DNA of 64,000 bases from Glaucostegus cemiculus (lineage: Eukaryota). The notes under the pieces are model-generated. The model was not told the origin of the DNA, did no database searches, and saw nothing but the letters and a program-made list of their open reading frames with translations. The first letter of the stretch is position 1; every line of letters begins with the position of its first letter. Of the stretch, positions 61,701-64,000 are shown piece by piece. The stretch covers positions 5,084,001 through 5,148,000 of the forward strand of contig CDPCPM010000013.1 of assembly GCA_976551045.1 (NCBI GenBank). Direction: 5' to 3'. A program made the position numbers and the translations under genes.

Positions 61701-63199
61701 AATGATCCCCATGGCCTTGAATTTGTTTCAAAAATCCAAATTTTATGGCTTCCCCCTCAGGGTCTTCATTGCTTTCCATTACTGAGTAAGCATTATAACT
61801 CATCTCCTCTGATGTCCACAGGCACATTAATAGATGCAGAATATCTGTAATCTGTAATCTCAAGAATTTAATGACATTTTCAATCGAATATATTTTAGTC
61901 TTGACAGGAAGTGTAAGGGTTGCAACACAAGCCTTGTCTGGGAGTGCTGGGGGCAGATATTAGTAATCAAGGTGAGGGATCAGTTGAGGGAAGGAGAAGT
62001 CATGGGCTGGAGAGATTAGCGTGCAGGCAAAAGTAATCAAAATAGCTTTGATGTGGGGCCAGGGAAAGCATTCCTGCTACTCTTTGATCAGAAGCATTCG
62101 GGGGAAACTTTTACATGCTGGACCTGGTTCTTCCCAACTTATTTAACTGCTGAGGTTCCAGAGTCAGAAGCCAAATTCACTGCCATTATACTTCAATGTC
62201 TGCCAAAACCTGAGCAATACAGGCTCATTTGCATATCAAAATCACAGAGCTACCTGCACAGAACAGGTTCATCAGAAACTCTCAATTCTCACTTCCTTCC
62301 TCAAAAAAAGCAACTACCATTTAAATGTTCAAACCACAGTACAAGAGCAGGATTTAATTTCAATGATGCCTTCCCTAGCCGACCAGCCAACACACCTCTC
62401 CCTCCAGAGAAACAAGAATAGTTGAATAGTCTACAGAATTATAGCTGGAAAATTTACACTCAATGGCCTTAGCCTAATTGAATAAAAATGATTTGACATG
62501 ATTAAAATAACAGGTGGAGTGTTTTAATATGTTAATAGCACACACCATAGACTTGCTTCAAAATGTAAGAATGGGTATAATTTAAGAAAAATGTGATAAT
62601 TAATACTGGAATTTGAGTTTATTTCAGGCACTTCTATATAATAAAATAGTTCCCAATAGCTCAAATGTGGAAGTAGGTTCCAGTTGACCTTTTACTCTTA
62701 TGAATGACGAATAACTTCCATCTGTTGTCAGTAATGATTCTTTCATGCTTCTGAGACAGGTCATAATTTCCCATTACATTTGAGGTACTGGCCCTATAAT
62801 TTTATTGGGTTTCACCTGGTCTGCTGAAGTTACAATAGGAGCACAAGAGAACATCCAGGGAATTTGGGAAGGTGGGGGGGTCACTCTCTTGATAGCCAGA
62901 GGTAAATATTAGTTTTTCTGGCACATAAGTTTCGTATAATGAAAATACAAATCGTGATTTCAAGCATGGAGAGTGTCAGGCCTGATTTGTGGTTTGAATG
63001 ATTCCACTGTTCATTCCTTTTAAATTACACTGGCTTAATGGATGTAAAGAGATGCTGGTTGCAAATCAAGCATTCTGATCTCACTATCTTAATTCTCAAC
63101 ACAACATAAAAGCAGAGTCTGCACCAAGACTGTTAAAACAGAAGTGTAATCTCATAATTACCAAAGAAATGTTGAAGTAATAAATACTTGTTCTCCAGT

Positions 63200-64000
63200 A
63201 TGTACATATCACTCACATTTGTGATGGCATGCCTGACCATGGCACAATGCTTGTGGACACAGTGTCTCATCTCTACAAGGACATCTGCCATTGTGCTATG
63301 TGGCACCACAGTCATGCAAAATGAGAAACCTGGCAGCACAGAATTAAACATTAATGAAGTGTTGTAGACCATCAGCAGCAGAGATATGTACACCATCACA
63401 ATGTGTAACCTTGTGGATCAGTGTATCCCTCAATTTACCATTGCAGTGGAGCCAGGAGATCAACCCCAGTTCAATAAAGAGTGCAGAAGGACATACTGGA
63501 AGCACACCTAAAAGTGAGGTGTCAGCCTGGTGATCCTGCAGCACAGGACCATACGCATGTAAAACAGCAAAGGTAGTTGCAAGAGAAGAACCAAGCTATC
63601 TCACAGGTCAAATCAAAATCTTGCAGTCCTACCAAATTTAGTCATAAATGGTGGTGGATAATTAACCTGCTAACCTGAGGAAGAAGTTCCATGCATACTC
63701 CCACACACAACATGGTGGGGCTCAAGCACATAAGTGTAAAAGGAAAGGTTGAAGCATTCACAACCTTCTTCAGCCAGAAGTGCCAAGTAGATGATTCATC
63801 TGTGCTTCCACCTGAGATCCCCTCTGTCATAGAAGCTAATCCTCAGCCAATTTGAGTCACTCCACATGACATCAATTAATAGTTGAGACCAATAGATATG
63901 CAAAGGCCACACAATCAAACACTATCCCAACTGTGGTATTCAAAGCTTGCCTCTGGAACTAGCTGCTCCTTTAGCCAATCTGTTCCAATGGCTACAATGG
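63200..64000 (+). mobile_element. Degenerate non-LTR retrotransposon ORF2 (CR1/L2 group), EN end to RT start; continues off the right edge
   Basis: EPGDQPQFNKEC, KWWWIIN, KGKVEAFTTFFSQKCQVDD, LELAAPLANLFQ. Confidence 0.7.

Overview
This is eukaryotic, repeat-dense, AT-rich non-genic or intronic DNA. The repeat families (HE1-type V-SINEs, Deu-SINE remnants, many CR1, Rex1/Babar, L2, RTE and Penelope fragments) point to a cartilaginous fish (shark or ray). I could not confidently identify any host protein-coding gene; there are only two weak + strand exon candidates. Most ORFs in the track are antisense or frameshifted pieces of retroelements. The main features are: (1) two adjacent, same-orientation, GC/CpG-rich Gypsy LTR retrotransposons of the CsRn1/Kabuki type (CHCC gag, tRNA-Trp PBS, -1 frameshift heptamer), one missing its integrase core; (2) a young CR1 with an uninterrupted RT frame at the left edge; (3) several Penelope ends with decayed minimal hammerhead-ribozyme motifs; (4) two V-SINE subfamilies with different LINE-type tails; (5) a short YY1-headed non-autonomous LINE derivative; (6) solo LTRs and multi-level nested insertions. 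Boundaries of old repeats are approximate. Family calls come from motif recognition, not database searches.
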